This document shows, piece after piece, positions 36,298 to 50,747 of a stretch of DNA of 64,000 nucleotides. The stretch covers positions 11,780,001 to 11,844,000 of the forward strand of contig NC_043010.1 of assembly GCF_006345805.1 (NCBI RefSeq). The letters run 5' to 3'. Within the stretch, counting starts at the first letter, position 1. Each line of letters starts with the position of its first letter. Position numbers and translations under genes: made by a program. The stretch comes from Octopus sinensis. Lineage: Eukaryota. A model generated the notes under the pieces. That model saw only the letters and a list, made by a program, of their open reading frames with translations, ran no database searches and was not told the origin of the DNA.

Positions 36298-36516
36298 TTT
36301 CTTTACTACCCACAAGGAGCTACACACAGAGGGGACAAACAAGGACAGACAAACGGATTAAGTCGACCCCAGTGCGTAACTGGTACTTAATTTATCGACC
36401 CGAAAGGATGAAAGGCAAAGTCGACCTCGGCGGAATTTGAACTCAGAACGTCACGGCAGACGAAATACAGCTACGCATTTCGCCCAGCGTGCTAACGTTT
36501 CTGCCAGCTCGCCGCC
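36298..36516 (-). mobile_element. SINE family B
   Basis: Full-length minus-strand copy with small internal deletion. Confidence 0.9.
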
Positions 36517-36681
36517 TTAAACTATATATATATATATATATATATATAGTTTACTGTTCCATTAAGGTAATCCATCAATTGTCTGGAAACTCAGGACATG
36601 TTATAAAAACCTGCCTACATTCTCGTCTTCAAAGTAAGAAACTACTAGTAGCTTGTATTTTTGCATTAAATGATATATCTA

Positions 36682-37390
36682 TAGGAGGTCTGATTAATAA
36701 GTATCCAGACTGTTACCATAGTAACGAAGCTAAAGCATGCGGTGTGAAGCATGCATAGTAAAGTATGCAGAGTGACAGAGTGTATGAGCCACAAACAAGG
36801 GTCCGAGTGGTTCAGATGTTTCTGAGACAGCCGAAAAATGTCAAAATTGATGAACGTCCTGGGAGACCCGCAACCAGCAGAACTGAGAAAAACATTGCAG
36901 ATGTGCATGCAGCTGTGAGGGGAAATCATCAAATCACCATTCGTGAGTTATCAGAGGATGTGTAGATTAGTTACAGTTCAGTTCAGTCCATTATTACTGA
37001 AGATTTGGGTATGAGATGCATGCCTGCCAGGATTGTGCCGACCAAAAAGACACTTGGGTTTCAGTTGCACAAGGTCTCTTTGACATCGAGAATGATGGAA
37101 ATTTTTTGAAAACTTTGCGTACACATCTGAGCAGGTATTGCCAAGCTTTTGGCAAAATTTGATGCAGATTCTCTGCTCAACTTTCTTTGTCATGGTCAAT
37201 ACAATGATCACATGCTACACACCTTCCTTCCAAACACTGCTGTAAACTGTAGAAGTGAGCTAGAATGTTAAAACTTAGTGTGCATGCACAGCAGAGTTCA
37301 AGGTCAATCTGTGCCAAGCGGCTTTACTCTGAATGCCTTAGCTTCATTACTATGGCAACAGGCCAAATTCTTATTGATCAGACCATGTAT
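36682..37390. mobile_element. Non-autonomous mariner with both TIRs and rearranged transposase pieces
   Basis: TIRs GGTCTGATTAATAAGTATCCAGACTGTTACCATAGTAACGAAGCTAA and reverse complement at ~37335-37388; + strand DERPGRPATS...ITIRELSEDV; - strand MTKKVEQRICIKFCQKLG. Confidence 0.85.
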
Positions 37391-37427
37391 GTACATGCAT
37401 GTCTGCATACATACATATATGTGTGGG

Positions 37428-37487
<60 letters not shown>

Positions 37488-37628
37488 TTAATATATATAT
37501 ATATATAACCCTCCATCTTTCCTTCTTTTCTGAGCGTCCAATAATACTATATTTGTTCCACATCCTCGCACTGTGTTTTTTTTGTGCTTTCTTGTTTGGA
37601 TTAACCTTAACTATATAATATATATATT

Positions 37629-37699
<71 letters not shown>

Positions 37700-37720
37700 A
37701 TATTATATATATATATATAG

Positions 37721-37758
<38 letters not shown>

Positions 37759-38072
37759 ATATTCATCAAATAATATTGTCGAACCATTATGCAAAAGGTA
37801 CAAACATTAAATTTTCCTGTACATAAATTTACACCTATTTTCCTCTCAGTACAATCAACAATCTCAAATATTCTTATACCCATTACTTTAATATTAAATC
37901 TTTACTTATTATTAACAACAAATAAACCATCTTCATTACTTTAAATTTTAACTAAAATCAAAAGCTTTTTGTGTATAAATATATATATATAAGCATATAC
38001 GTGTGTGTGTGTGTGTGTAAATATATATATACATAGTGTAGAATAATAAAGAGAAAGTTCTTGGTACAGCAT

Positions 38073-38235
38073 TATAAATATTTGAAAGAATGAGTGGAGG
38101 TGGCTTTTTTGAGGGGATAAATTTTATTTTAATCTTAATGATAATGTTTACAGTAAGTTTACATTATTAAGATTAAAATAAAAGTTATCCCTTCAAAAAG
38201 CCATCTCTTCTCATCCTTTCAAACATATATTTATA
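38073..38235. repeat. Imperfect foldback palindrome
   Basis: TTTGAAAGAATGAG...TTTTAATCTTAATGATAATGT / ACATTATTAAGATTAAAA...CTCATCCTTTCAAA. Confidence 0.8.
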
Positions 38236-38260
38236 TATTCATATACATACATATATATAT

Positions 38261-38442
38261 ATATGTGTAAAAAAATACAAACTGGGACAAGAACACAAAA
38301 CATTTAGAAGATGATACAAAAAACACGGATCAAGAACCAGATCATCCTCGCAGCCGAAATTGTGAGAATGTCCCGTCCGTGTTTTTTGTATCATCTTCTA
38401 AATGTTTTGTGTTCTTGTCCCAGTTTGTATTTTTCTACATAT
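38261..38442. repeat. Inverted repeat, ~65-bp arms, ~46-nt spacer
   Basis: AAATACAAACTGGGACAAGAACACAAAACATTTAGAAGATGATACAAAAAACACGGA and exact reverse complement. Confidence 0.92.
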
Positions 38443-40019
38443 ACATATATATATAGCGACGCCCGTACCCCTTTGGTCTTATATATATATATATTTATAT
38501 AGAGAGAGAGAGAAGAGAGAGTCACGCACACAAAACAGGCTTGCATGCAGTTTCCATCTACTAAATTCACTCACAAGGCATTGGTTGTCCCTGGGCTATA
38601 GCAGAAGACACTTGTCTTCACTGAGACTGAACCCAAAACCGTCTGGTTGCAAAGCGAGCTTCTTAATTATTCAGCCAGCAGGTTTTGAACTCATAGCACT
38701 GAGACGCCACCGAACTAGACACATTAAGACCATTTGCTTTCCTTCTTACAATGTCAGCCGTGTCTAGTAAATAAAATTGATTAATTGATGTCTAAATATT
38801 AGGTTTATAAGTAAAATACTAAATAAATTCTGGACAATTCCACTTAACGTTTTAGGTTGAAATAAAACCTTCAGCTCGGGGCTTTTTCTCAAAGTAGGTG
38901 GAAAGGAAATGGAATCAAATTTTAATAATATTATGCAAGAGAAGCATCTCTTTCTTTATTGCCTTTTTCTTTCAATGTCAGATTACTAAACTACTCTAAT
39001 ACCTCGAAAACCATTACAGCTTTCTGTTGTTTCCATGAACAAGCTACATTTAAAAATCAACTACCATTACCCTGTCTCTATAGACAAACTAACAAACAAA
39101 CAAGCAAGCCAGAATGACAATAAATTACTGATGCTAAGCGCTACCTCTGTTGCAACAAATAGAATCATCTTTATCACAAATTATTGATATTTCTAAACAC
39201 ATTGATACCCATTATTGTGTCCATAACATTTGACACACAGACTCTCATCGGAGAGAGAATTTCAGAATTAATAATAGAATAATTTACTTTTTATTGGCTT
39301 TGTTTTAGTTTTATGGCTTGGATCTAGAATATTAATAAAGAAATGTCTGTGTCGAGAATCTGAATGCCTAAATAGTTCTGAAGAGTGGAACATAGAGCAA
39401 GAACAATGGAATAAAAAGGAAAAATGCATAAAAAGAGATGACAACTCACTCCCTACCTTGAACTACTATAAAGTGTAAATAATGAGATGGCTTATTTAGT
39501 GCAAAGTCTTAATACACTTTACATATGTATAATGTTACACGTTTAGACTATGCATTGTTACTCTTAAACACGCTCACAAATAATCATACATACGTACACA
39601 CATGCATCAGAAATTGCTTCTGTAGAAGAATACAGTTACAGCCTTGTTCTGAAACAATGTTGGGGGGTTTATAACTCATAGAGAGAACATGTGGATCTTC
39701 AAATTGAATGATCACGATTTTCATTTATTTGGCAGCACATTCTGTCTCAATGTGGTTATATTTCTACCAGCCATTGAAATCTGACTAGTTTTATATCAAT
39801 AGAAGTGAGTGATATATTTGTCATAAGAAGTGTCAGGTCTAACATTTCAGGCTTTACCTTTTTGTCAGAGAGCATAGAAGGAATAGAAAATTACTTTTGT
39901 TTCTTAGGCTGGAGCTGAAAGTGAGACAAGATGTTATTCTTTGGGCTGGATCGATCTAATCCAGCGGTAGAGATCTTTTGTTATGATGGAAGGGCGCATT
40001 AAAGTTAACTGTTATCTGA

Positions 40020-40160
40020 CAAGACTATGTCCTGATGTAATCTCCAGGGATACAGGCATCCAGCAACAGGACCTCCGTAATGCTATGATGGACCATGAAG
40101 TCTGGCGTAGCATGGTAAATTCCATTGTCTCGACCACGGTCGAACAATGATGATGATGAT
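40020..40160 (+). mobile_element. RTE-type LINE extreme 3' end with (GAT)n tail
   Basis: PDVISRDTGIQQQDLRNAMMDHEVWRSMVNSIVSTTVEQ* followed by TGATGATGATG. Confidence 0.7.
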
Positions 40161-41026
40161 GTCCAAAACAAATTTTTATTCTGCTAAATCTATTTAAAAA
40201 TATATAATTATTCCTCAGTGAAGGCCCATGGCTGAGTGGTTTGGGTATTCAGCTCACGATCGCAAAGTCATGAGTTCAAATCATGGCCACACTTTGTATC
40301 CTTGAGCAAGACACTTTATTTCACATTCCTCCACTCCTCTCAGCTGGCAAAAATGAGTAGTACCTGTATTCCAAAGGGCCAGCCTTGTCACACTCTATGT
40401 CATTCTGAATCCACCTGAGAACTACATTAAAGGTACACGTGTCTGTGGAGTGCTCAGCCACATGCACATTAGTTTCACAATGGGGCTATTCCATTGATCA
40501 GATCAACTGGAACCTCATCCTGCCAGTATTCCTCAAATCTCAAAGGAAATGTAAAAAAAACCCAAAGAGTTTAATGAATAAATGAATGAAAAACGGTTTC
40601 AGAATAAACACCTTCACCTTATTGTATAATTTTTTTTATTGAAAATTTCTCCAGGTATCTCTGTTTCATTCACATTTATAAATAAACAAGCAATTGCAAG
40701 TGTAGATAACAAAATGTAGATATTCCTCGAAGTCACAAAAAGGTGAGATAATTTGGTTCTAAATAAAATAAGGACAGCAAAAATATATTCCAGTATCACG
40801 ATTTCTCATCAAATGTTGCATGCAGCTTCATATAACTTTAAGCATTTAGCATTTAAGCCAGCTATATCCAGCCACAGTATACTACCTATTTTATGTTCAA
40901 GACAGCCACATCTGGCCTCTCTCACTTACACTACAATGTCATTCTAAGAATGAAACAATTACTTCATCAAAATCTTGAAGATACAAGATAATGCATTATT
41001 ATTTCGAAACAATGTGAGTGAATAAG

Positions 41027-41167
41027 CATAGAACCTCAAAGGTTGCTTAGGATCTAAAGGCTGCATTTGATCTTAAAGATGGTATAGGATCTTCAAGACA
41101 GCATAGAACCTTGAAGGTTGCATAAAACTTTAAAGACAGTATAAGACCTTAAAGGATGCAGAGGATC
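41027..41167 (+). repeat. ~19-bp degenerate minisatellite
   Basis: Units such as ATAGGATCTTCAAGACAGC, ATAAGACCTTAAAGGATGC; resumes at ~41625-41660. Confidence 0.8.
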
Positions 41168-41171
41168 TTAA

Positions 41172-41612
41172 CCCTTTCAATACAAAATGGCTGACTGTTA
41201 GTAAGGAGAGACACACAAATAAGAAAGAAGAAAGCAAAGGACCACTGATGAGGTCACAGGAGTGTGACGAAATAACTCTGGCCGAAATAAGATTAAGATT
41301 AATGTAAAAGATAAATAACGCTGAAGCAAAGTAACACCAAATATATTGTGCATGTGTTTTTATTGGCTAAACTGGCAAAATGACCATTTCTAAATACAAC
41401 AATACCTTTCATTACTGTTTTTATTTTAAGATGCTCTGTGTTTCTTTCAATTACAAAGAATTTAGTAAAATAACTTGGTTATCATTAAGCTAGTGTTAGG
41501 AAGATAAATTGTGACTAAGGTTTGGTGAAAGATTTTAATTCAAAACTTATGAAAGCAAGACATTTGTACTATAGAGCCAGAGCCGGTTTCAGCCAGGTTC
41601 GTATCGAAAGGG
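41172..41612. mobile_element. piggyBac-type non-autonomous element (TTAA TSD)
   Basis: TTAA|CCCTTTCAATAC ... GTATCGAAAGGG|TTAA. Confidence 0.85.
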
Positions 41613-41926
41613 TTAATGCTGATTAGGGCTTTAAAGGCAACATAGGACCTTAAAAGCTACACTCAGCATTTAGGTAGTAGGTTTCCTACCTCTGTGCTAA
41701 CCTAAATGATAACAACACATTTTTTCTCTTTCTCTCACTTTTAGATGATAGACAATACCTGGAACATTAGATACTGTTCATCTATAGTTGTAGATAATGC
41801 AGGGGCCTAGTGATATCTTAGCTAGCCCTGAAAAGTCTGCTGGTCTCAGCCTACTCCTAGCATTTCTGAATACCAAATATCTACATGCAAACATTGCAGT
41901 TATTAAGATAAGAACTTCCACCAGAT

Positions 41927-42081
41927 GGAGTGGCTGTGTGGTAAGTAGCTTGCTTACCAACCACATGGTTCCAGGTTCAGTCCCACTGCGTGGCACCTTG
42001 GGCAAGTGTCTTCTACTATAGCCTCGGGCCGACCAAAGCCTTGTGAGTGAATTTGGTAGACGGAAACTCAAAGAAGCCTGT

Positions 42082-42122
<41 letters not shown>

Positions 42123-42333
42123 AATATGTTTTGTGTGTCTGTGTTTGTCCCGCTAGCATTGATTGACAACCAATGCTGGTGTGTTTATGTCCCCGTCACT
42201 TAGCGGTTCAGCAAAAGAGACCGATAGAATAAGTACTAGGCTTACAAAGAATAAGTCCCGGGGTCGATTTACTCGACTAAAGGAGGTGCTCCAGCATGGC
42301 CACAGTCAAATGACTGAAACAAGTAAAAGAGTA
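41927..42333 (+). mobile_element. SINE family A
   Basis: Near full length. Confidence 0.9.
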
Positions 42334-43100
42334 GATATAATAATCTGATTATAGAGCTGTGCAAATTAGTATATTTGTTTGGGCATTGGTAGGAAACTGT
42401 CTGTGCTCTGTTTTCAAATCTCACTTGATTCCTCTTACACTTCAGCCTTTGGTGGGTTAATAAAAATGTACCAATGCAGTATGATGAATTAGCAGAAGTG
42501 TTTGGGTATCAGACAAAATACTTTGTGACATTTGTTCTGGCCCTTTGTGTTCTGAGAGCAACATGTGTGGTAAGGTCGGTGCCAAGTTGTGTCACTCCCG
42601 AGGCAGTGGCCTTTCCTTTGGAAAACATCAGTTGCATGATGAGGGAAGACTTACATACACAGGCAACAGTCTGCCTTCCATAAAAAAAAAAAGAATCACA
42701 CTGGCCTCAGTATGCAGGTACAGATATATGGTTACCCCTGACCAACAGAGGCCCCTCTACAAATCTATGCATTATTTAGGGAAATGAAGTTATCAGAATC
42801 TGTCTGTTGAAAAATTGCTGTTGATGCAGGTAACCACAAAGTTTATCTGAACTTTATTAATAAATAAGTCAATATCCAGAATAAATCACTTTTGTATGTA
42901 GATTAGCTAATTAGTATTCATAGAAAATTATATAATGGATCTTAGAATTGATTAATTCCAAAACAATAAATAAATAAAATACATGTCATTTGCAATTAAG
43001 TATGTCTTGGTATTATTGGTGTTTCTTGAGTGAATGCAAAGCATGCAATGCATACCTAAGATATTCAAATGAGTACAAGTAATAAATTAGATATTAATAC

Positions 43101-43458
43101 TCTTTTACTCTTTTACTTGTTTCAGTCATAAGCCCAGTACTTATTCTATCAGTCTCTTTTGCCGAACCGCTAAGTGACGGGGACATAAACACACCAGCAT
43201 CGGTTGTCAAGCAATGCTAGGGGGACAAACACAGACACACAAACACACACATACATATATATATATATATATTATATATATATATACACATATTACGACA
43301 GGCTTCTTTCAGTTTCCGTCTACCAAATCCACTCACTAGGCATTGGTCGGCCCGGGGCTATAGCAGAAGACACTTGCCCAAGGTGCCACGCAGTGGGACT
43401 GAACCCGGAACCATGTGGTTGGTTAGCAAGCTACTTACCACACAGCCACACCTGTGCC
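43101..43458 (-). mobile_element. SINE family A with deletion in tail
   Basis: TTTCAGTCAT joined directly to AAGCCCAGTAC. Confidence 0.88.
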
Positions 43459-43854
43459 TATTAATATAAATCTTTCATATATGTGTATGTGTGTGCATGG
43501 AATTTTGTCAGTGAACTGGTCGTGGTCTTAAAGCGACGAAAATATTTTGACAAATTAAACTTAAATGTTGAAGTGAATCAAACGGCTTTTGTGTGTTTCT
43601 TAAATGGCTTACAAACACCTTCCACACTGCAATTGCTTTCATTTCAGCACACGATCTCAGATCAGGCCACTTGCTATGCAAGTACATCCCCATAACATAT
43701 ATATATATATATATATACATATGTTGTGTGTATGTATTCTTTCTTTTTTTTCTACTTGTTTCAGTCATTTGACTGTGGCCATGCTGGAGCATTACTTTGA
43801 AGGGTTTTAGTCAAAGAAATTGACCCCCAGGACTTATTTTTTTAAGCCTAGTAC

Positions 43855-44193
<339 letters not shown>

Positions 44194-44830
44194 ATGACAC
44201 AATTTACTCTGCCAGAAATTTGGAAACAACATGCTGTAATACTTGGCATTCATGCCGGAAGCCCCAATATGAACATTTCAGAGTGTTTAGGTGTCAATCT
44301 GAGGACAGGTACTGAGAGTGATAAAAATCAAACATCCAATCAACATCTTGGTGTTTGGAGTGATCATTAGTGATGGTCATGTCATGCCTCCATTCATCTT
44401 CCCACTTGGCCTCAGACTCAACATGGAGGCCTACATCAAGTGCATAGAGGAGGCCTACATCAAGTGCTGCCCTGGGTCACGAGGCTAGAAAACCCCATAT
44501 CTGGCTACAAGACTCTGCACCATGCCACACAAGCAGGAGAACCCAGTCATGGCTATCACACAATTTCTGCCACCACATCATCTCTAACATCTGGCCATCT
44601 AACTGCCCAGATTGCAACCCCATCGATTATTATGTGTGGGGCACAGTGGAGTGAGAGACCAACACAACTCCTTGTAACACCAAAGATGAAGTGAAGTGAA
44701 GGATTATGGCAGTATTCACCACCATAAGCAAGCGGATCATCCAGAAGAGTTGCAGGAGATTCCAAAGTCGTCTGAAAGCTGTGGGTGAAGCCAATGGCGC
44801 TTTTATTGAAAAAATTTATTTTTTAGTATT
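44194..44830 (+). mobile_element. maT (DD37D) Tc1/mariner transposase remnant
   Basis: LVFGVIISDGHVMPPFIF...QDSAPCHTSRRTQSWLSHNFCHHIISNIWPSNCPDCNPIDYYVWG; 37 residues counted between the two D. Confidence 0.85.
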
Positions 44831-44838
44831 TCAAGACA

Positions 44839-45001
44839 GGCGCAGGAGTGGCTGTGTGGTAAGTAGCTTGCTAACCAACCACATGGTTCCGGGTTCAGTC
44901 CCACTGCGTGGCATCTTGGGCAAGTGTCTTCTGCTATAGCCCCGGGCCGACCAATGCCTTGTGAGTGGATTTAGTAGACGGAAACTGAAAGAAGCCTGTC
45001 G

Positions 45002-45038
<37 letters not shown>

Positions 45039-45248
45039 GTGTGTTTGTGTGTCTGTGTTTGTCCCCCTAGCATTGCTTGACAACCGATGCTGGTGTGTTT
45101 ATGTCCCCGTCACTTAGCGGTTCGGCAAAAGAGACCGATAGAATAAGTACTGGGCTTACAAAGAATAAGTCCCGGGGTCGATTTGCTCGACTAAAGGCGG
45201 TGCTTCAGCATGGCCGCAGTCAAAATGACTGAAACAAGTAAAAGAGAG
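44839..45248 (+). mobile_element. SINE family A, full length
   Basis: Complete head, TA tract and tail. Confidence 0.92.
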
Positions 45249-46091
45249 TATACTTTTATGTAATTTTGGTAAATATATCTGTTAAAAGGAGATGTGCTAT
45301 TTTCGTTTGTGTAATTTAGACAGTTTATCCACCGCACCTTATACATATATATGCCTGTATGTATATAGGTATGTACACACACAATTCATTTTTCGTGTAC
45401 CATAACCACTCACAAGTCTTTGGTCAATCTGAAACTATAGCAGAAGACATTTGTTCAAAATGACACACAGTGGGACTGAACCTGGAACCATATGGATGGT
45501 AAGCAAGCCCTTTACCACACCATCACATCTCATCTGCACCTATTCTTCACCATGTTGCGAATTAAGTGAAAGTAAAGAAATATGTTTTTTAATAGAAATA
45601 TGTTAACCAAAACGATAAGAAATGGTGGTCACATGTGGAATGTGACTGACTGGTCTTGTTTTCTAGCCTTTTCACTCAAGACTGATTTCAAATGGTACAA
45701 CAATGGAAAACGACAATGGCAAACAAAAGAAAAAACAATTACAAAGACAGGCTACATGAGAATTATAAGAAAACATGTATTATAAGAGACTATTGAGTCT
45801 TAAAGGTTTACATGAATATATATATAAAATATAACATATATATATATACATATATATATATGTGTGTGTGTGTGTGTATAAAAGCCATTATGAGATCTTA
45901 GAGAAGTTATTGGTTTATTCTTTCTCATAAAGAGCTAAATAGAAGACATTTGAAAAAAATATGTGAGAAAAACTAATCGTTTAGTATTAAAAGATCAATA
46001 TCCCAAAACTATAAAGACAGACATTAGCTGTTGTCAAGTAATTCCATCATAAACATACTCTGTTAATTGATATATATATATGTATATACAC

Positions 46092-46138
<47 letters not shown>

Positions 46139-46261
46139 CCCATATCTATATATATACACACATATAATACACACACATATGTATAATATATATATATATA
46201 TTATATATATATATATATAAACACATATTATATACATATATATATACATATATACATATAC

Positions 46262-46329
<68 letters not shown>

Positions 46330-47835
46330 ATATACACACATACATACATATATATATGTATATACACACATACATACATATATATATACATATGCCATAT
46401 ATATAGTATGTGTGTGTGGTGTGTGGTGGTGTGTGTGTGTGTTGTGTGTGTGTGTGTGTGTTTATAGCTAATGGGGCCCTTATAAATATCCAGGGTATTA
46501 TTCATTCTGAATGAATGTCCCCAGTGTTAATAACTATTTTCCTCAGTTGGTGAAAAATCATTAAATTTAACATTAGTATTGATTTTTTTCAAACTTCCCC
46601 TTATTGTCAAAGACATTTATCATCTATTTACGCACAGTCAGTACTAAAGAATTGATACAATTAAGCTGTTTGTCTGGTTTTCTTGAAAGCCATCATTGTT
46701 AAATGGTGGCTGAGTGGTTAGGGGGCACAGCACATCTGCTGAAGAAGTTCAATATATGTAATAGTCATCACTAACTTGTTAAAATATATCGCAGGACAAC
46801 GAAACAAAGGAGCCCCTAAGTAGATAACGAATATGCTAGAAATAGCAGCCAAGTGTCTTTCAAATTACATATTAAGACTTCATAAAACGAAGAGCACAAA
46901 ATAATGTTTTATATAAAAGGAAACAACAGACTGCATCATCATAAATACAATTTGTTAACAATAGCATAATTGGTCACATGCACAAATATGCAAATTAGGC
47001 TATACCTGACACCAACTCAATAACACTATTTATTGTGGAAGGAAATTGGGTTTAGCTACTCTGAGAAGTGACCAACAAACCATGACATGGTCTATCAAGG
47101 CACTCCCTCCCTCATTTTTCAACACATTAATAGCAGAGGAAGAGTGTATTTACATTTTTATATTAACCTACAGGAAGGCTTTATAATACTTAAATATATA
47201 TTTCACTGCTGATTTATGTTATACTGTGCAAAAATATTGTCTAACATGCACATATACACAAGATGCACACACAAGATGCACACACAACATGTACGCATGC
47301 ACACAAACACACACACACATGCACACATGAACTTTCAGAATCGTTACCCCACCAGGAAAAATGGTTAGCAGCATTTCTTCTGACTTTATGTTTTAAGTTC
47401 AAATACTGCGAGGTTTGATTTCACCATTTCACCATTTCTCTTTTAGGGGTCAATAAAATAGAGTACCAGTTGAACTCTGGGATCAATATAATTGACTCAC
47501 TCCCTCCCCTGAACTTGCTGGCCTTGGGCCAAAATTTGAAACCAACATATATATATATGTGTGTGTGTGTGTGTATTTATTTATATATATATATTTGTGT
47601 ATGTGTGTGTGTGTGTGTATATATATATATGTATATATATATATATGTATATATTATATATATATACCATATATTGTGTGTGTATATATATATATATATC
47701 TATATATATATATATATACATATATATTACCATGACTGACCAGGCTGTCAGATGTTGCTACACATCGCTGGTCACAATGCACTTCGCATTGTTTTATCCT
47801 TCAAATGATGCCACCCCGCTAGCTAAGCGAGCAGG

Positions 47836-47874
<39 letters not shown>

Positions 47875-48344
47875 CATACATGTACGTATGTATGTATGTA
47901 TATATGTGTGTATGTGCAAGAATATATGTATTCAGTAATAAGTGATAAGACATATAATTCCCAAACATATATCCATAGTTGTCCTTAGCAAACACCAATC
48001 AAACTCATTTTCCCAACACAGATAAATTAACTTGAAAAATCAATTTATAATTTGTTGAAGTTATCTCCCCCTTTCTTTTATTGTCTCTAACAATACTAAG
48101 TGTTTGTTTCCTTTCGCTAACTCAGATGGAAATTGCAATTAATTAAGAATTCTTTGTGTACAGCATTAACCATTAATGTACAGCACCATTAAACTTAATT
48201 ATTGCTAATAATTTGGCAAATGTGAAGCTGAATATTCAGACCAATGTCAGTGTTAGTAGTAACAATGATATCACAGCAACATAGGCTTGGAGGAGGTGCA
48301 ATGGGCTTTTACAAACTTCAAAGGTCATTTAGTATCTTACTCAC

Positions 48345-48388
48345 ATGATCCAACCGAAAGTATTTGAATTCATCTAGAAATGCCTTGA
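48345..48388 (-). CDS. Best candidate exon of unidentified host gene
   Basis: Minus strand ctaatttctttcag|TCAAGGCATTTCTAGATGAATTCAAATACTTTCGGTTGGATCAT|gtgagt; KAFLDEFKYFRLDH, phase 1 to 0; unique sequence, consensus splice sites. Confidence 0.4.
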
Positions 48389-50239
48389 CTGAAAGAAATT
48401 AGTAGTAAGAAGATACTAAGTGCTATCTGGTTTCATTAGTGGGTACAAATGATTAAATGTCCGCCAAATTTTTGTGGGGACACTTTAATAAATCTCAGTT
48501 CTGGTTGAATGACTAATAAATATTTGGTTTTATTGTATAGCTAATAAACATCAAAATTGGTTGTGTTGTTAATAAACATTGCTTTTCACTGGTAATACAT
48601 TCAAAGTAGTTCTAGAGATAATCAAAGTTATGTTTGATTGTATAGCTAATAAACATTATATCTATAGTTAATAAAGGTAGATTAGTTGTATATTTAATGA
48701 CTGTTAAGTCATGTGATATGGTTAATAAATTTCGATTTCATTTTACCGAGAAGAGACAACAAGGCAAAAATTTTTGTAGTGCGGGTGAGGAGGTATAAAG
48801 CAGCAAAACAAATGTAATCAAGTCTCTATAGTTGGGGTGATAGATGTAATTTATCTGGTAGGATTTAGATGAACAGAAAGAGACCAGATATAATATTAGT
48901 GCGAGAGAGGCAAGCAGTTCAATACTCTGCTCTTTCTATCAACTTGTCGTCCTTGTATGAATAATAGATATCAGTTCCAGTTGAGTGTGTGTCATTGATT
49001 TAATTATATCTGCATTTAGATAGGAATTTACACAACAGATAATGAAATTAATATAGAAAGCTCTCTCAGTGATTATAGACATCTGTAGTACTGGTACTGG
49101 ACACAATGCAAGTATGCTATGAGTCAGTGAGGGTTCTCTAAGTGGTCAGTCAGTCTGCTAGAAATACTAGTCATAGCTCACTTAAATCACACCTTGATAT
49201 CTTAAAATGGTAGAATGCATTGCTTTAATATAATCCAAGATAAAAACGATGGGATGAGTATAGTTCAAACATTTTTTATTCTGGATTTTTTTAATAAGAG
49301 TTGGCCTAAGTCTAAACAACAATTATAACATGAAAGGGGACAGGACCAGCAGACTGGAGCACCGCCTTTAGTCAAGCAACTCGACCCCGGGACTTATTCT
49401 TTGTAAGCCCAGTACTTATTCTATCGGTCTCTTTTGCCGAACCGCTAAGTGACGGGGACGTAAACACACCAGCATCGGTTTTCAAGCAATGCTAGGGGAA
49501 CAAACACATTGTTGATATGAATTCTTTAAGTTTCATATCAAATCTCTTGCATAGAGAGAATTTTAAAACAATTTTGCTGGAGAGTCTGTTTTACATTGGA
49601 CTTCCAGTCAGACTTGTAAAAGTTCAGACTGGACAGGGTTTGGATGCCATCTGCATGGAATACATCTTCAATAATTTTTGGACCATACAGTGTCAGTTCT
49701 ATCATATGGTCTGAGAAGATTTTCAGTAATATATTCACATTGTGGTGAAGCAGATGTCAAAAATGACATTGTTTCTCAATGGGTAGAGAATGGTTAGCTC
49801 TATTAATGTATATATACGTGTGTGTATGTGTGTGTGTGTAGGCACGTAGCTGAGTAGTGTAGGCGTTGCACTCATGATCATAAGATTGTGGTTTCAATTC
49901 CTGAACTGGGCAATGCACTGTCTTCTTGAGCAAAATACTTCATTTCATGTTACTTCAGTCGATTCAGCTGCCAAAAGTGAGTAATTCTGCAATGGATCAG
50001 CGTCACATCCAAGTGGGGGAATATATATCCCATGGAATCCAGGAACCCAGCCTTATAAACCAATGGCTGAGGAGGACCCTTGATTCTTTGATATTACACA
50101 CACACACACATACAAACATTCAGCCGTAAAAGCCATGCCAAAACAGACAGTGAAGCCTGGTGTAGTCTTTTGCCTGTCCAGCCCATACCATCATGGAAAA
50201 TAGATGTTAAATGATGTTGATGCTGATGATGGTGACACA

Positions 50240-50275
<36 letters not shown>

Positions 50276-50311
50276 TATATACATATGTATGTATATATAC
50301 ACACATACACT

Positions 50312-50455
50312 AGCTGTGTGGTAAGAAGCTTGCTTCCCAACTAGATGTTTCTGGGTTCACAATGTGACACCTTGGACAACTGTCTTCTACTATAGCCTCA
50401 GGCCAACCAAAGCCTTGTGAGTGGATATGGTAGATGAAACTGAAAGAAGCCCATC

Positions 50456-50506
<51 letters not shown>

Positions 50507-50716
50507 TATACATATATGTATATGTTTGTTTGTTTGTCCTCCTACCATCACTTGACAACCAATGTTGGTGTGTTTACGTACCAGTAACATAACAGTTCGC
50601 CAAATGAGACCGATAGAATAAGTACCAGGATTCCAAAGAATAAGTCCTTGGGTCAATTTGTTCAACTAAAGGCGATGCTCTAGCATGCCCGCAGTCAAAG
50701 ACTGAAACAAGAAAAA
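50312..50716 (+). mobile_element. SINE family A, degenerate
   Basis: Diverged head, TA tract and tail. Confidence 0.8.
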
Positions 50717-50747
50717 GAACACACACACACACACACACATATATATA

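Noticed and set aside
49510-49790. Overlapping short ORFs on both strands
   Set aside because: No recognisable motif or convincing splice pair.
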